DNA of 61,933 nt from Myxococcota bacterium. GTDB lineage: Bacteria; Myxococcota_A; Bradymonadia; UBA7976; UBA1532. The first letter of the stretch is position 1. Each line of letters opens with the position of its first letter. Both the position numbers and the translations under genes were made by a program. The notes beneath the pieces were generated by a model. It was not told the DNA's origin and did no database searches. It saw nothing but the letters and a program-made list of their open reading frames with translations. Below are positions 1 to 10,207 of the stretch, one piece after another. Location of the stretch: contig JAYZEG010000049.1 in assembly GCA_036337435.1 (NCBI GenBank), positions 1-61,933 of the forward strand, read 5' to 3'.

Positions 1-1
1 G

Positions 2-1429
2 GCAAAGGCTGAATTGGACGAAATCATTCACTTTTTGCGTGACCCAAAGAAGTTCACACGCCTGGGCGGGCGGATTCCCAAGGGGGTCTTGCTCATGGGG
101 CCTCCGGGAACGGGCAAAACGCTGCTCGCCCGAGGCGTTGCTGGCGAAGCAGGCGTCCCATTCTTCTCGATCTCGGGTTCCGACTTCGTCGAGATGTTTG
201 TTGGCGTTGGCGCGAGTCGAGTTCGAGACCTATTCGAACAAGGCAAGAAAAACGCACCCTGCATCATCTTTATCGACGAGATCGATGCCGTTGGCCGCCA
301 CCGCGGGGCCGGTTTGGGAGGCGGGCACGACGAGCGGGAACAAACGCTCAACCAACTGCTGGTTGAAATGGATGGCTTTGAGTCCAATGAAGGCGTCATT
401 CTGATCGCGGCGACGAACCGCCCGGATGTCCTGGATCCAGCACTCCTCCGACCAGGGCGATTTGACCGGCGTGTGGTTGTCAATCGGCCAGACGTAAGAG
501 GTCGCGAACAAATACTCGGCGTTCATACGAAGAAAGTGCCACTCGGCGGCGATGTTGACCTCGAAGTTCTCGGAAAGGGAACACCTGGCTTTAGCGGTGC
601 TGACCTGGAGAACCTAGTGAACGAGGCGGCCCTTTTGGCGGCTCGGCGTGACCGCGATGTTGTGACGATGGACGACTTCGAATCATCGAAAGACAAGGTT
701 TTGATGGGTGCCGAGCGTCGTTCGATGATCATCAGCGACGCGGAGAAACGGACGACGGCCTATCACGAAGCCGGCCATGCGCTCGTCGCGCAGTTGCTGC
801 CCAATACGGATCCGGTGCACAAAGTCACCATCATACCTCGAGGCCGAGCCCTTGGAGTGACGCAGCAATTGCCGTCGGAAGACCGACTTTCTATGACCAA
901 GGTGTTTGCGGAAAACCGAATTGCAATCCTTATGGGGGGTCGCGTTGCTGAGGAAATAATTTTCGACCAAATAACGACCGGTGCCGGTCAAGACATCGTG
1001 ATGGCAACTCAGACCGCGCGCAGCATGGTCTGTGAGTGGGGCATGAGTGACAAGCTCGGTCCATTAGCCTACGGCAAAAAGGATGAGCAGGTGTTCTTGG
1101 GGCGGGAAATTTCTCAACAGCGAGATTTTTCCGAACAGACAGCGATTGAAATAGATGCAGAGGTCCGACGAATCGTCAATGAAGGGTACGACGTGGCGAC
1201 CAAGCTGCTGACTGACAACCTCGATTTGTTAAAGTCTTTGGCCGAAGCACTCTTGGAACGCGAATCGTTGGACCGGACTGAGGTCGAAATGGTCATTCGA
1301 GGCGATGAACTGCCACCGATGAAAGTCAAAGAGACATTTGAAACACGCCGTACACCCAAGACAGTTTTCGTTACACAGAACCCTGGGACGCAAGGCATTG
1401 TGGGTGACACGACCACTGAAGGTGCGTAA
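2..1429 (+). CDS. ftsH: ATP-dependent zinc metalloprotease FtsH (5'-truncated by window edge)
   Basis: Walker A GPPGTGKT, Walker [31 protein letters not shown], zinc motif HEAGH; frame is open to the window start. Confidence 0.98.
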   Translation, partial: AKAELDEIIHFLRDPKKFTRLGGRIPKGVLLMGPPGTGKTLLARGVAGEAGVPFFSISGSDFVEMFVGVGASRVRDLFEQGKKNAPCIIFIDEIDAVGRHRGAGLGGGHDEREQTLNQLLVEMDGFESNEGVILIAATNRPDVLDPALLRPGRFDRRVVVNRPDVRGREQILGVHTKKVPLGGDVDLEVLGKGTPGFSGADLENLVNEAALLAARRDRDVVTMDDFESSKDKVLMGAERRSMIISDAEKRTTAYHEAGHALVAQLLPNTDPVHKVTIIPRGRALGVTQQLPSEDRLSMTKVFAENRIAILMGGRVAEEIIFDQITTGAGQDIVMATQTARSMVCEWGMSDKLGPLAYGKKDEQVFLGREISQQRDFSEQTAIEIDAEVRRIVNEGYDVATKLLTDNLDLLKSLAEALLERESLDRTEVEMVIRGDELPPMKVKETFETRRTPKTVFVTQNPGTQGIVGDTTTEGA

Positions 1430-1487
1430 ACTGCACTCGGGGCCCAAGAAAGTGGCCCCCTAACTTAAACAATCTTCAGGTGGGCTT

Positions 1488-2357
1488 GTGCGCTGGTCGG
1501 TGAGAAACACGACAGTTCGTTGGAGTGAATCTCATTGGCAGAGTTCCCTTTCCGCTGCCCCCCTCGTCATGGGCATTATCAACGCAACCCCAGATTCGTT
1601 TTCTGATGGTGGCCGCTTCCAGACCGTGAAAGCGGCCTTGAGTCGCGTCTCGGATATGGTCGGTCAGGGTGCCGACATTATCGATGTTGGCGGTGAATCG
1701 ACCAGACCTGGAGCAAAACCGGTCCCTGTCGACGAAGAACTCAAACGCGTTATTCCAATTATCAGCGAAATTAAAAAACGTCACGATGTGTTGGTGTCAA
1801 TCGATACGATGAAGGCAGCCGTTGCTGAGGCGGCAATTCGTTCGGGCGTTGACATCATTAACGATGTCTCTGCATTGACTGCTGATCCAGCAATGGAGGA
1901 TGTTGCCTGTGCGAGTGATGTGGGATTGATTCTGATGCATATGCGCGGCCGGCCGGAGACGATGCAACTCGGAGACTTGAGCAGTGTCGATGTCGTCGAT
2001 GATGTATGTCAGTATCTCCAGGCTAGGATAGATGCACTGGTCTCGAAAGGGATTATGCGCGAGCGAATAGCAGTCGATCCTGGAATCGGTTTTGGAAAGA
2101 CCGTTGAGCAGAATCTTGCGTTAATTAATCGACTCGACGAACTCGCCGTTTTAAACGCACCTGTCTTGCTGGGTGTATCCCGAAAATCGGTTTTAGGTGC
2201 GATTACCGAAAGACCGGTTGACCAACGAGAAGCCGCGGGCTGCGCGGCCCATACAGTCGGTTTGCTGAAGGGGGCAAGGATAATAAGGGTACATGAAGTA
2301 GCCGTGGCGCGAGATGTTGTTAGAATGACATCGGCATTAGTGACTGGTGGAGCATAA
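1488..2357 (+). CDS. folP: Dihydropteroate synthase
   Basis: MGIINATPDSFSDGG, DVGGESTRPG, DPGIGFGK, SRKS, RVHEV motifs; follows ftsH; start codon uncertain. Confidence 0.95.
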   Translation: MRWSVRNTTVRWSESHWQSSLSAAPLVMGIINATPDSFSDGGRFQTVKAALSRVSDMVGQGADIIDVGGESTRPGAKPVPVDEELKRVIPIISEIKKRHDVLVSIDTMKAAVAEAAIRSGVDIINDVSALTADPAMEDVACASDVGLILMHMRGRPETMQLGDLSSVDVVDDVCQYLQARIDALVSKGIMRERIAVDPGIGFGKTVEQNLALINRLDELAVLNAPVLLGVSRKSVLGAITERPVDQREAAGCAAHTVGLLKGARIIRVHEVAVARDVVRMTSALVTGGA

Positions 2358-2359
2358 GG

Positions 2360-3244
2360 GTGGAGTTCCCATGGGCATGGCAGGACGTGTTGTCGACAGC
2401 AGTCGACGTTGCCCTGGTCTACATTGTCATTTATCGGGTGCTGATGATTATCAAAGGCACCAAAGCGGTTCCGATGTTGTTGGGCCTTGTCGCGATAGCC
2501 ATCTTGTACGTTGTAAGTCAGGGGGTTTTGCTCAATCTCCCCACGTTTAATTGGTTGCTCGAACAGTTTTTTGCCAACATTCTTATCATTGTCATCGTTG
2601 TCTTTCAGGCCGATATCAGGCGTGCATTAGCGGCTTTTGGCCAGACTCAGTTTTTCTCGACGAGTCGCAGTGCGGCCGGAGACGCGCAGGCGATTGATGA
2701 AATTGTCAAAGCATCCGTTTCGTTAGCGGGCCAAAAGGTTGGTGCCTTAATCGTTATCGAAAGGTATGCCGACCTGAGTGCCTACATTGTCGATGGCACG
2801 CGTTTGGATGCGCGACTCTCGAAAGAGTTGCTGTACAGCCTTTTTGTTCCTGAGCGACAAAACCCGTTACATGATGGAGCGGCGGTGGTGCGGGCTGGTC
2901 GCCTATCGACTGCAGGCGTCTTCTTGCCGATGGCATCAGGTACCGGAATAGATCGCACTTTTGGTACTCGCCATAGAGCTGCTATCGGATTATCTGAGGA
3001 AACGGACGCATTGGTTGTCGTCGTGTCAGAAGAGCGCGGCACCACATCGGTTGCGCTGGCGGGCAAACTTCATGCCGACTTATCTCCAAGTCAACTCAGG
3101 GAGATGTTGACGAACCATCTCATTGCTACGACAACAACCACCAAGAGTGTATTTTGGCGTTCGCGTGATGGGCGTGCTCCCAAGAAAACCGATGAGCCTG
3201 AGACGGCTTATGCCGCCGCAGAGCAGGGAGGCGGTGCTGAATGA
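2360..3244 (+). CDS. cdaA: Diadenylate cyclase CdaA/DacA (N-terminal TM helices plus DAC domain)
   Basis: FQADIRRAL, GALIVIER, catalytic HDGA and GTRHRAA, VVSEERG; upstream of ybbR and glmM. Confidence 0.95.
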   Translation: MEFPWAWQDVLSTAVDVALVYIVIYRVLMIIKGTKAVPMLLGLVAIAILYVVSQGVLLNLPTFNWLLEQFFANILIIVIVVFQADIRRALAAFGQTQFFSTSRSAAGDAQAIDEIVKASVSLAGQKVGALIVIERYADLSAYIVDGTRLDARLSKELLYSLFVPERQNPLHDGAAVVRAGRLSTAGVFLPMASGTGIDRTFGTRHRAAIGLSEETDALVVVVSEERGTTSVALAGKLHADLSPSQLREMLTNHLIATTTTTKSVFWRSRDGRAPKKTDEPETAYAAAEQGGGAE

Positions 3245-4272
3245 ACCAGCTCTCCAATCAGTTGGTCGCCCGTTTCCGTAAGAATGGGACCTTGAAACTC
3301 TTATCACTTTTGCTGGCTGTGACGCTTGTTTCGGTCACCCAGGACGACAGGGTCACTGTCCGCGAAGTTGAAGTCCCATTTTCGGTTACAATTCTCGAGG
3401 CGAACCGTGTTCCAATCAAGCGCCCACCTGATTCCGTGAAGGTCACTTTGTCGGGGACGGACCCGGCGTTACGCCGTTTAAAGGAGCCGCGCATCGAACC
3501 CATCAGCGTTGAACTGACGGGTCGGCAAAATGAAGAGTGGATCAGGCTCGATCGGCGCAATATCAAAGGTGTACCAGCGAAATGGGTTAAGAAGATCGAC
3601 CCGGAGAAGCAGTATATCAAGTTGGAGCCGATCATCGTGCGTAGTATCCCTGTTGTACTCAAACTGGAGGGGGAGCCCAAGGGGGGCTTTCGCTTAAGGG
3701 AGAGCAGTGTAGAACCGACGAGCGTTGATGTCAGTGGACCGCAATCCGTCGTTAAAGATTTGAAGGAGATGCGAACACGTCCTATCTCTCTCGTGGGCCG
3801 TTCATCGGCGACCAGCACGGAAGTAGAGTTAGAATCGCCTCCATACGGAACAACTTTGGAGGCTGACAAGCAAAGTGTCTTAGTGAAGCTCGATATACTG
3901 GAAAATCGTGAGCAAAGGGTCTTTCCTGATATGGAAATCGCTCTTCTCACGGGTGATGAGTCCGAGCTCGCCACGGCGTCGCCGTCTGCCGTGGATGTTG
4001 TGGTCGAGGGGCCCATCAGTCAAATCCGTAAACTCGACCGAAAAAGCATCGATGTCTATATCGATCCGGACGATGTTCCGCTCGGGCGCAGTCGACGTAA
4101 GCAGATGGTGGCCGATGCACCCGCCGGTACCGACATTGAGATCGTACAATTCACTCCGCCAACTGTACTCGTTACCCGAAAGCGTAAGCCGACTCCTTCT
4201 GTTCCAAAAGACCTGGAATCCGACATGGCACAAGGACAAGACGAAGGCGATAATCAACTGGATCTCGAATAA
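3241..4272 (+). CDS. cdaR: CdaA regulator CdaR (YbbR-repeat protein)
   Basis: N-terminal LKLLSLLLAV membrane anchor; repeated VEPTSVDVSGP / SPSAVDVVVEGP / FTPPTVLV YbbR-type segments; lies between cdaA and glmM with ATGA overlap. Confidence 0.85.
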   Translation: MNQLSNQLVARFRKNGTLKLLSLLLAVTLVSVTQDDRVTVREVEVPFSVTILEANRVPIKRPPDSVKVTLSGTDPALRRLKEPRIEPISVELTGRQNEEWIRLDRRNIKGVPAKWVKKIDPEKQYIKLEPIIVRSIPVVLKLEGEPKGGFRLRESSVEPTSVDVSGPQSVVKDLKEMRTRPISLVGRSSATSTEVELESPPYGTTLEADKQSVLVKLDILENREQRVFPDMEIALLTGDESELATASPSAVDVVVEGPISQIRKLDRKSIDVYIDPDDVPLGRSRRKQMVADAPAGTDIEIVQFTPPTVLVTRKRKPTPSVPKDLESDMAQGQDEGDNQLDLE

Positions 4273-4324
4273 CGCGTCGAACCCTGGTATTCAGAGACAA
4301 ACAAGTTGACATGAGGACAAGCCC

Positions 4325-5689
4325 TTGACGTCTAAGAAACGTGTATTATTTGGTACGGATGGGATCCGCGGGCTCGCTAATCAGTATCCAATGACTGGAG
4401 AAATGGTGATGAAGCTGGGCCGTGCGCTCGGCCACCGATTAAAGCAGCAGCTGGGCAAACGCCCAAAGGTGCTCGTGGGTAAGGACACACGGCTGTCCGG
4501 CTATCTTTTCGAGAGCGCACTCGCTGGTGGCCTGGTCTCAGTTGGGGCCGACGTACATCTTGTCGGTCCGTTGCCGACACCGGGCATTGCGTTTTTAACA
4601 ACGGGCATGCGCTGTGATGCGGGCGTTGTTATTTCGGCGAGTCATAATCCTTACGAGGATAATGGAATTAAGCTGTTTGCGCGCGATGGTTTCAAGTTGC
4701 CAGACAGTGAAGAGCTTCTCCTAGAGGAACTCATGTTAGGCGACGGCCTGGATTCTATTCGTGCAACCAAGAATGATGTAGGCCGGGCGTATCGCATAGA
4801 TGATGCAGCTGGACGATACTCGGTTTTCGCTAAAAGCGCATTCCCGCGCCGCAAAACTCTCGACGGCATGCGGATCGTTGTCGATTGTGCCAATGGGGCG
4901 GGCTACAAAGTCGCACCTGAGGTTTTGAATGAGTTGGGAGCGGACGTCATTGCGCTTGGAGTGAATCCGGATGGGCTGAACATTAACGAAGGCTGCGGAG
5001 CATTACACCCGGAGCAGCTATCTCGCGCGGTGCTCGACTGTGGTGCCGATGCTGGTTTGGCACTGGATGGTGACGCGGATAGATGTATTCTCGTAGATGA
5101 GAAGGGTGAAATTCTAGATGGTGACCAAATCTTGGCCATACTCGGTCGAGAGCTTATCACACAAGGTCGTTTGCCCGGAAAAACGGTGGTTGCTACGGTC
5201 ATGAGTAACCTAGGTTTGGACAAAGCTGTTCGAGGTTTTGGCGGCCAGGTTGAGCGTGTTGGCGTGGGGGACCGCTATGTTGTTGAACGTATGCGGCGGG
5301 ATGGGTTGGCACTCGGTGGGGAACAGTCTGGTCATGTGATTTTGACTGACTATGCCACGACAGGTGATGGCCTCGTCACTGGGCTAGCGGTGTTTGGGGT
5401 AATGGTTGAACGCGGTGCGTCGCTGAGTGAGCTAGGGCACATCATGACCCGTTACCCGCAGAAAATTGAAAATATTGAGGTCGCAACAAAGCCTCCCATC
5501 AGCGATCTTGCTTTGACCCAAAAGGCAATTCGAGACGTGGAAACCGAGCTTGATGGAGATGGACGTGTTCTCGTGCGCTACTCGGGTACACAGATGCTCG
5601 CTCGGGTCATGGTCGAAGGTCCAAGTGATCAGATCGTAGCGCGAGCCGTTGATGAGATCTCGGGTGCGTTAAGAAAGGATATTGGTTAA
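4325..5689 (+). CDS. glmM: Phosphoglucosamine mutase
   Basis: FGTDGIRG, ISASHNP, DGDADR, GGEQSGH, VRYSGT. Confidence 0.97.
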   Translation: MTSKKRVLFGTDGIRGLANQYPMTGEMVMKLGRALGHRLKQQLGKRPKVLVGKDTRLSGYLFESALAGGLVSVGADVHLVGPLPTPGIAFLTTGMRCDAGVVISASHNPYEDNGIKLFARDGFKLPDSEELLLEELMLGDGLDSIRATKNDVGRAYRIDDAAGRYSVFAKSAFPRRKTLDGMRIVVDCANGAGYKVAPEVLNELGADVIALGVNPDGLNINEGCGALHPEQLSRAVLDCGADAGLALDGDADRCILVDEKGEILDGDQILAILGRELITQGRLPGKTVVATVMSNLGLDKAVRGFGGQVERVGVGDRYVVERMRRDGLALGGEQSGHVILTDYATTGDGLVTGLAVFGVMVERGASLSELGHIMTRYPQKIENIEVATKPPISDLALTQKAIRDVETELDGDGRVLVRYSGTQMLARVMVEGPSDQIVARAVDEISGALRKDIG

Positions 5690-5693
5690 CCCT

Positions 5694-6428
5694 ATGGATG
5701 CTCAATTGCACCTGGCCGTTGATGCGGCCGCAATGTTTAGACGGGTCGGAGACGGGGTTAATCCATCAACGGTAAGCGTTGCGCTTTTAGCTGAATTAGC
5801 AGGCGCGGATGCGATTTCCTACGATATCCGTGTCGGTGAACGAAACGATGCCGAGAAAGATGGCCGATTACTGCGGGACTCTCTGACCGGGCGCTTTGAA
5901 GTGGTTGCAGCAGCCGGTCCGGATTTAATGGATGTGGCATTCGCATTAAGGCCCGACCGCCTCACTCTTGCCCCAGAGCTACGCGATGGGGGTGTGAGCG
6001 GGGGGATCGACGCGCATATGCTTAAAGATGCCTTGAGGCGTCAGGTTCTACTTCTGAAAGATGCGGGGATCATGGTCGGCGTCCGCATTGAGCCCGAGTT
6101 GGAGCAATGCAAAGCACTGCACCGGTCAGAGGTCGATTTTGCTGTACTGAATTGTTCTGCTTATCTCAGGGCGAAGTCCAGTCAGGAAAGGGCAACTGAG
6201 CTGGCGCGCATCTCCGACGCTGCTAATCTGGCGGCCAAGCTTGGAATGCGAGTCGGCGTTGTTGGCGATATCGACCTGGTCAATGTTGAGAAGCTCGCGA
6301 GGATTGCCCAGATTGACGAGTTTCAGGTCGGACACGCATGCATTGCCCGGGGGATCCTCAGGGGAATTGAACAAGCAGTCGGTGACTTCACTAGGGCGGT
6401 TGAACGTGGACGCAGGCGTTCAGTTTAA
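5694..6428 (+). CDS. pdxJ: Pyridoxine 5'-phosphate synthase homologue with degenerate active site
   Basis: Full-length resemblance to PdxJ (AELAGAD, TLAPE, GGID, ELARI, VGHACIAR) and canonical position after glmM; most catalytic residues are replaced. Confidence 0.75.
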   Translation: MDAQLHLAVDAAAMFRRVGDGVNPSTVSVALLAELAGADAISYDIRVGERNDAEKDGRLLRDSLTGRFEVVAAAGPDLMDVAFALRPDRLTLAPELRDGGVSGGIDAHMLKDALRRQVLLLKDAGIMVGVRIEPELEQCKALHRSEVDFAVLNCSAYLRAKSSQERATELARISDAANLAAKLGMRVGVVGDIDLVNVEKLARIAQIDEFQVGHACIARGILRGIEQAVGDFTRAVERGRRRSV

Positions 6429-6429
6429 G

Positions 6430-6798
6430 TTGGAGCAAACCGATGACGGGGCTGGCGTTATTTGCATCATGCCTATCGGTCGTATCAAGGGGCTTCTTGA
6501 GCGTTACCCCAGGGCCTACGAGCGTTTCTTCTGTCCAGCTGAACTCGCCTATTGCCAACGGCAAATACGTTTGCCATGGCAACATTATGCTGTCCGACTC
6601 GCCGCTAAATTCGCCTACCGTTCAATGGTAGGCCGAGTCCCATTTCACCGCATCCAAGTCAAACGTAGCCCCGCCGGTGCGCCGAGTATTGGCGTTTGCG
6701 ATTCAAACGCGCCTGGGGAGTCACTCTGGTTAAGTCTTAGCCACGAAGGTGAGGTCGCCGTTGCTCTGTTGCGTCGAGGCAGTACGTATGTTGAATGA
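6430..6798 (+). CDS. acpS: Holo-ACP synthase (AcpS)-like protein with degenerate active site
   Basis: IGRI, RFFCPAELAYC, RLAAK, GAP, LSLSHE blocks; position after pdxJ; start uncertain (TTG 6430 or GTG 6406). Confidence 0.7.
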   Translation: MEQTDDGAGVICIMPIGRIKGLLERYPRAYERFFCPAELAYCQRQIRLPWQHYAVRLAAKFAYRSMVGRVPFHRIQVKRSPAGAPSIGVCDSNAPGESLWLSLSHEGEVAVALLRRGSTYVE

Positions 6799-8341
6799 CC
6801 TTTCACCTGCGCCCACTGCCAAGAGCCACGTCTTAACACCAGACCAAATGCAGCTATTTGAATCCATCGCCATGGACAAACTCGGTTTACCTGGATTGGT
6901 TTTGATGGAGACCGCAGGTCATCAATTGGCGAAAACCATAGCAGCACATCATCCTGATTATAGACGTTGCATCATATTTTGTGGGCCCGGAAATAATGGT
7001 GGCGATGGGTATGTCGCAGGGCGCTATCTCTTGAATTGGGGATGGTCGACGGAATGTTGGTCAAGTGTACATTGCGATGTGTTGCGTGGCGATGCATTAC
7101 GGCAGTATCAGGCGTACGCCGCGAGCGGTGGAACAGTTCGGTTTTCAGACGGTTGGAGTCCCGATGAGATCGCCACAATAGACCCAGGGACAGTGTTGGT
7201 TGATGGTCTACTTGGAACTGGACTTAAGGGCAGCGTTCGCGGGCGTATTGGCGACATTATTGATGCGCTAAATAAACTGGATAACCCGGTTGTGGCCATC
7301 GACCTTCCGAGCGGTGTCTGTGGATTGACAGGGGCCATTTTGGGGCAAGCTGTCCGTGCTGAGCATACGGTGAGTTTTCACGCGTCCAAACGAGGACATT
7401 GGCTGTATCCCGGTGCTGAATACAGGGGGAGCTTGTCGGTGGCTGACATTGGTTTATCGTCTGAACTCCACCAATTTGATGAGTCGACACTTCTTCATCT
7501 CGCCGGACCCGAGCTGCTCCAAGAGCTCTTTTCGCCGCGAAGAGCGGACACGCACAAGGGTACATACGGTCATGTCATGGTGATCGGCGGCGTCAATGGC
7601 CGCGCTGGTGCACCGCAGTTGACTTCGGATGCGGCCCTGGCGGCGGGTGCAGGTTTAGTGACCCTAGGGACCAGTAAAAATGTCGTCTCGTATTTGGCGC
7701 GTGATGCATATGAGGTGATGGTTGCCCCGCTGTACGAGACCGAGCTGGATGGCTCATGGTGGAATGGATTAAATCGCTATAGTTCTGCCGTTATCGGACC
7801 AGGCCTTAGTCCCGACGCTGAAGTCGGGCGACGTTTATTTTCAGCGGTCAAGCACATCACCATTCCAGTGGTACTCGATGCCGATGGGCTCAACCATCTC
7901 GCGCAACAATCGGAAGATGTTTTCCTGGGTGACTCCTGGGTATTGACACCGCATCCTGGCGAAGCCGCTCGTTTGCTCAACATACCGATAGCAGCCGTCC
8001 AGAAAGATCGTGTTGCGTGCGTTCAAGCACTTCAGGAGATAACGGGTAGTGTGATCGTGTTGAAGGGGGCCAATACTTTGGTGGCTGGTCGGGAGGGACG
8101 TATCTCTGTCTGCCCGGTTGGTAACCCTGGTCTCGCTACGGCAGGGGCTGGCGATGTGCTTGCGGGCATGATTGGCTCCTTGCTCGCGCAGGGCTACTCA
8201 GCGTCAAGGGCTGCGCTCTTGGGCACTTTGTGGCATGGTGTCAGTGGAGACCAGCTATGGAAAAAATTTGGACAAAAAACCCTTCGCGCGAGAGACATTA
8301 TCGAACAACTCAGGGACGTTGAAGCATGCTATCAGAATTGA
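6788..8341 (+). CDS. nnr: Bifunctional NAD(P)HX epimerase/dehydratase (YjeF)
   Basis: LMETAG, CGPGNNGGDG, DLPSG, HKGTYG, IGPGL, LDADGL, TPHPGEAARL, GAGDVLAG. Confidence 0.95.
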   Translation: MLNDLSPAPTAKSHVLTPDQMQLFESIAMDKLGLPGLVLMETAGHQLAKTIAAHHPDYRRCIIFCGPGNNGGDGYVAGRYLLNWGWSTECWSSVHCDVLRGDALRQYQAYAASGGTVRFSDGWSPDEIATIDPGTVLVDGLLGTGLKGSVRGRIGDIIDALNKLDNPVVAIDLPSGVCGLTGAILGQAVRAEHTVSFHASKRGHWLYPGAEYRGSLSVADIGLSSELHQFDESTLLHLAGPELLQELFSPRRADTHKGTYGHVMVIGGVNGRAGAPQLTSDAALAAGAGLVTLGTSKNVVSYLARDAYEVMVAPLYETELDGSWWNGLNRYSSAVIGPGLSPDAEVGRRLFSAVKHITIPVVLDADGLNHLAQQSEDVFLGDSWVLTPHPGEAARLLNIPIAAVQKDRVACVQALQEITGSVIVLKGANTLVAGREGRISVCPVGNPGLATAGAGDVLAGMIGSLLAQGYSASRAALLGTLWHGVSGDQLWKKFGQKTLRARDIIEQLRDVEACYQN

Positions 8342-8934
8342 CTTTGGATGAAGCTGTTGACGTGCTCGGGCGAAGTGGCGTGATCGCTTTTCCGACGGAG
8401 ACAAGCTTTGGACTTGGATGTCGCGCTTACGACTCGATGGCTGTCGCACGGGTTGTGGCTGCAAAAGGCCGTCCCGATGGAAAACCACTGCCAATTCTTC
8501 TGCCTGACAAAACCTATCTCGCAAAACACGGGATGGAAACACCGCTCATGGCCCTCGCCGAGCGTTTTTGGCCTGGTGCTCTTACCTTGGTTGTACCTGC
8601 ATTTCCTGGTCTTCCTTCTCAGGTCACGGCGGGCACCAACATGGTGGGGGTCAGGGTTTCAAGTCATCCCATCGCTCATCAGCTTGTTCAGGCACTCGGC
8701 GAGCCGATCGTTGGCACATCGGCTAATCTGACGGGTCGACCTGCTGCATACTCGTCGGCTGAGTTACTTGCGTCTGGACTCGATGGGTTGGACGGTTTCC
8801 TAAATGGTCAAACCAGCGGTCGCGGCGCAAGCACGGTCGTCGGCATGGCCGATGGGCAATTGACGTTCTTTCGCGACGGACCCATCACGCGCACTGATAT
8901 CGAGGCGGCATGGCAGGCGGCTCGACGCAGTTGA
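8326..8934 (+). CDS. tsaC: L-threonylcarbamoyladenylate synthase (TsaC/YrdC, no Sua5 C-terminal domain)
   Basis: FPTETSFGLGC, KGRPDGKPL, FWPGALT, TSANLTG, ASTVV. Confidence 0.9.
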   Translation: MLSELTLDEAVDVLGRSGVIAFPTETSFGLGCRAYDSMAVARVVAAKGRPDGKPLPILLPDKTYLAKHGMETPLMALAERFWPGALTLVVPAFPGLPSQVTAGTNMVGVRVSSHPIAHQLVQALGEPIVGTSANLTGRPAAYSSAELLASGLDGLDGFLNGQTSGRGASTVVGMADGQLTFFRDGPITRTDIEAAWQAARRS

Positions 8935-8950
8935 TTGAAAGCTGTGATTG

Positions 8951-10207
8951 TCAGGACGCAGCGCGATCGATGGCCAGCTGGCCCGCTACGTAGACCTGGC
9001 GAGTCAAATTTCGGCCCATTTGGTACGGGAGGTCCGCGAGCGTCTTGGCCTCAAAAATGGCAATGTCTGCCCGTCGACCTTCTCTGAGGTATCCGCAGCT
9101 GGATTCCAGTCCGATGGCTTTTGCCGCGTTGCTGGTCACCGCCCGAAACACCTCCTCGGCCGACATTTTGAGACGACTCATGGCCAGGGTCATCATCAAG
9201 TGTAGGTTTTCAGTCATACACGTTCCAGGATTACAGTCTGTTGCGAGGGCAACAGAGACACCGCCATCGATTAATCGTCGAGCTGGTGCATTCTCATTGT
9301 CGCCGAGAAACAAAGATGCACCCGGGAGAAGCACGGCAACGGTTCCGGCATCGCGCATGCTTTTGATGCCGTCGCCGCTCACATATTCGAGGTGATCTGC
9401 ACTGGTGGCACTGACTCGACCCGCCAATTCCGCACCACCGCCGAAACTGAGTTGGTCAGCGTGGAGCTTTGGCTTTAAGCCGACTTGCTGAGCCGCATGC
9501 AGAATTTTTTCAGCCTCTTCGACGGTAAAGGCACTCTTTTCGACAAATACATCACAGAAATCCGCCAGCCCACCGGCGGCCACGGCGGGTAGCATTTCCT
9601 CGATGACCAGTTTCACGTAGTCGTCACGCTGGCCCGAGTATTCGCTCGGAATCGTATGAGCCCCCAAAAACGTCGCAACGATATTGATTCTGTATTCAGA
9701 GTCCAATCGCTTGATCGCTTCGAGTATTTTGAGTTCGGAATCGCAGCTGAGTCCATAGCCGGATTTGATCTCGACGGCTGTAACGCCTCTGTCCAGTAGT
9801 CTGTCGAGGCGTGGCCGCGCCAGCCTGACTAGAGCATCGATGCTGGCCTGGCGCGTTGCACGGACGGTCGATTTAATACCGCCGCCTGACGCTGCAATTT
9901 CAAGATAGCTTCGGCCCGCTGCACGCAGTGCATATTCATGACTGCGGTCTCCACCGTGGACAATGTGCGTGTGGCAATCGATCAAGCCCGGTGTAACCAA
10001 TAATCCGGTTGCATCGAGCACCTCCGTCACCTTGTCTTCGACCAACCATGAGGTTTTTTCAAAGTCCGTTTGATAGCCCACAAAGACAATGCTCTCGCCT
10101 TTCACGGCAACGGTCGCCGCTGACAGGCTTGTTTCGCCATCAAACACGAGTGCGTTTTTGATCAGTAGGTCAACGGTAAGCTGACGGTCAGTTTCTTGCT
10201 CATTCAA
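8951..10207 (-). CDS. hutI: Imidazolonepropionase
   Basis: PGLIDCHTH, GGGIKSTV, EIKSGYGL, FCDVFVE, HADQL, SADHLE, ATDCNPG. Confidence 0.96.
   Translation of the reverse strand: MNEQETDRQLTVDLLIKNALVFDGETSLSAATVAVKGESIVFVGYQTDFEKTSWLVEDKVTEVLDATGLLVTPGLIDCHTHIVHGGDRSHEYALRAAGRSYLEIAASGGGIKSTVRATRQASIDALVRLARPRLDRLLDRGVTAVEIKSGYGLSCDSELKILEAIKRLDSEYRINIVATFLGAHTIPSEYSGQRDDYVKLVIEEMLPAVAAGGLADFCDVFVEKSAFTVEEAEKILHAAQQVGLKPKLHADQLSFGGGAELAGRVSATSADHLEYVSGDGIKSMRDAGTVAVLLPGASLFLGDNENAPARRLIDGGVSVALATDCNPGTCMTENLHLMMTLAMSRLKMSAEEVFRAVTSNAAKAIGLESSCGYLREGRRADIAIFEAKTLADLPYQMGRNLTRQVYVAGQLAIDRAAS

Noticed and set aside
1439..1459. GGGGCC...GGCCCC hairpin after ftsH as a terminator
   Set aside because: Short stem, long loop and no clear U-tract; read-through to folP is likely
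3258..4016. 252-aa antisense ORF and many similar shadow ORFs
   Set aside because: They lie wholly opposite or within well-supported genes and show no recognisable motifs
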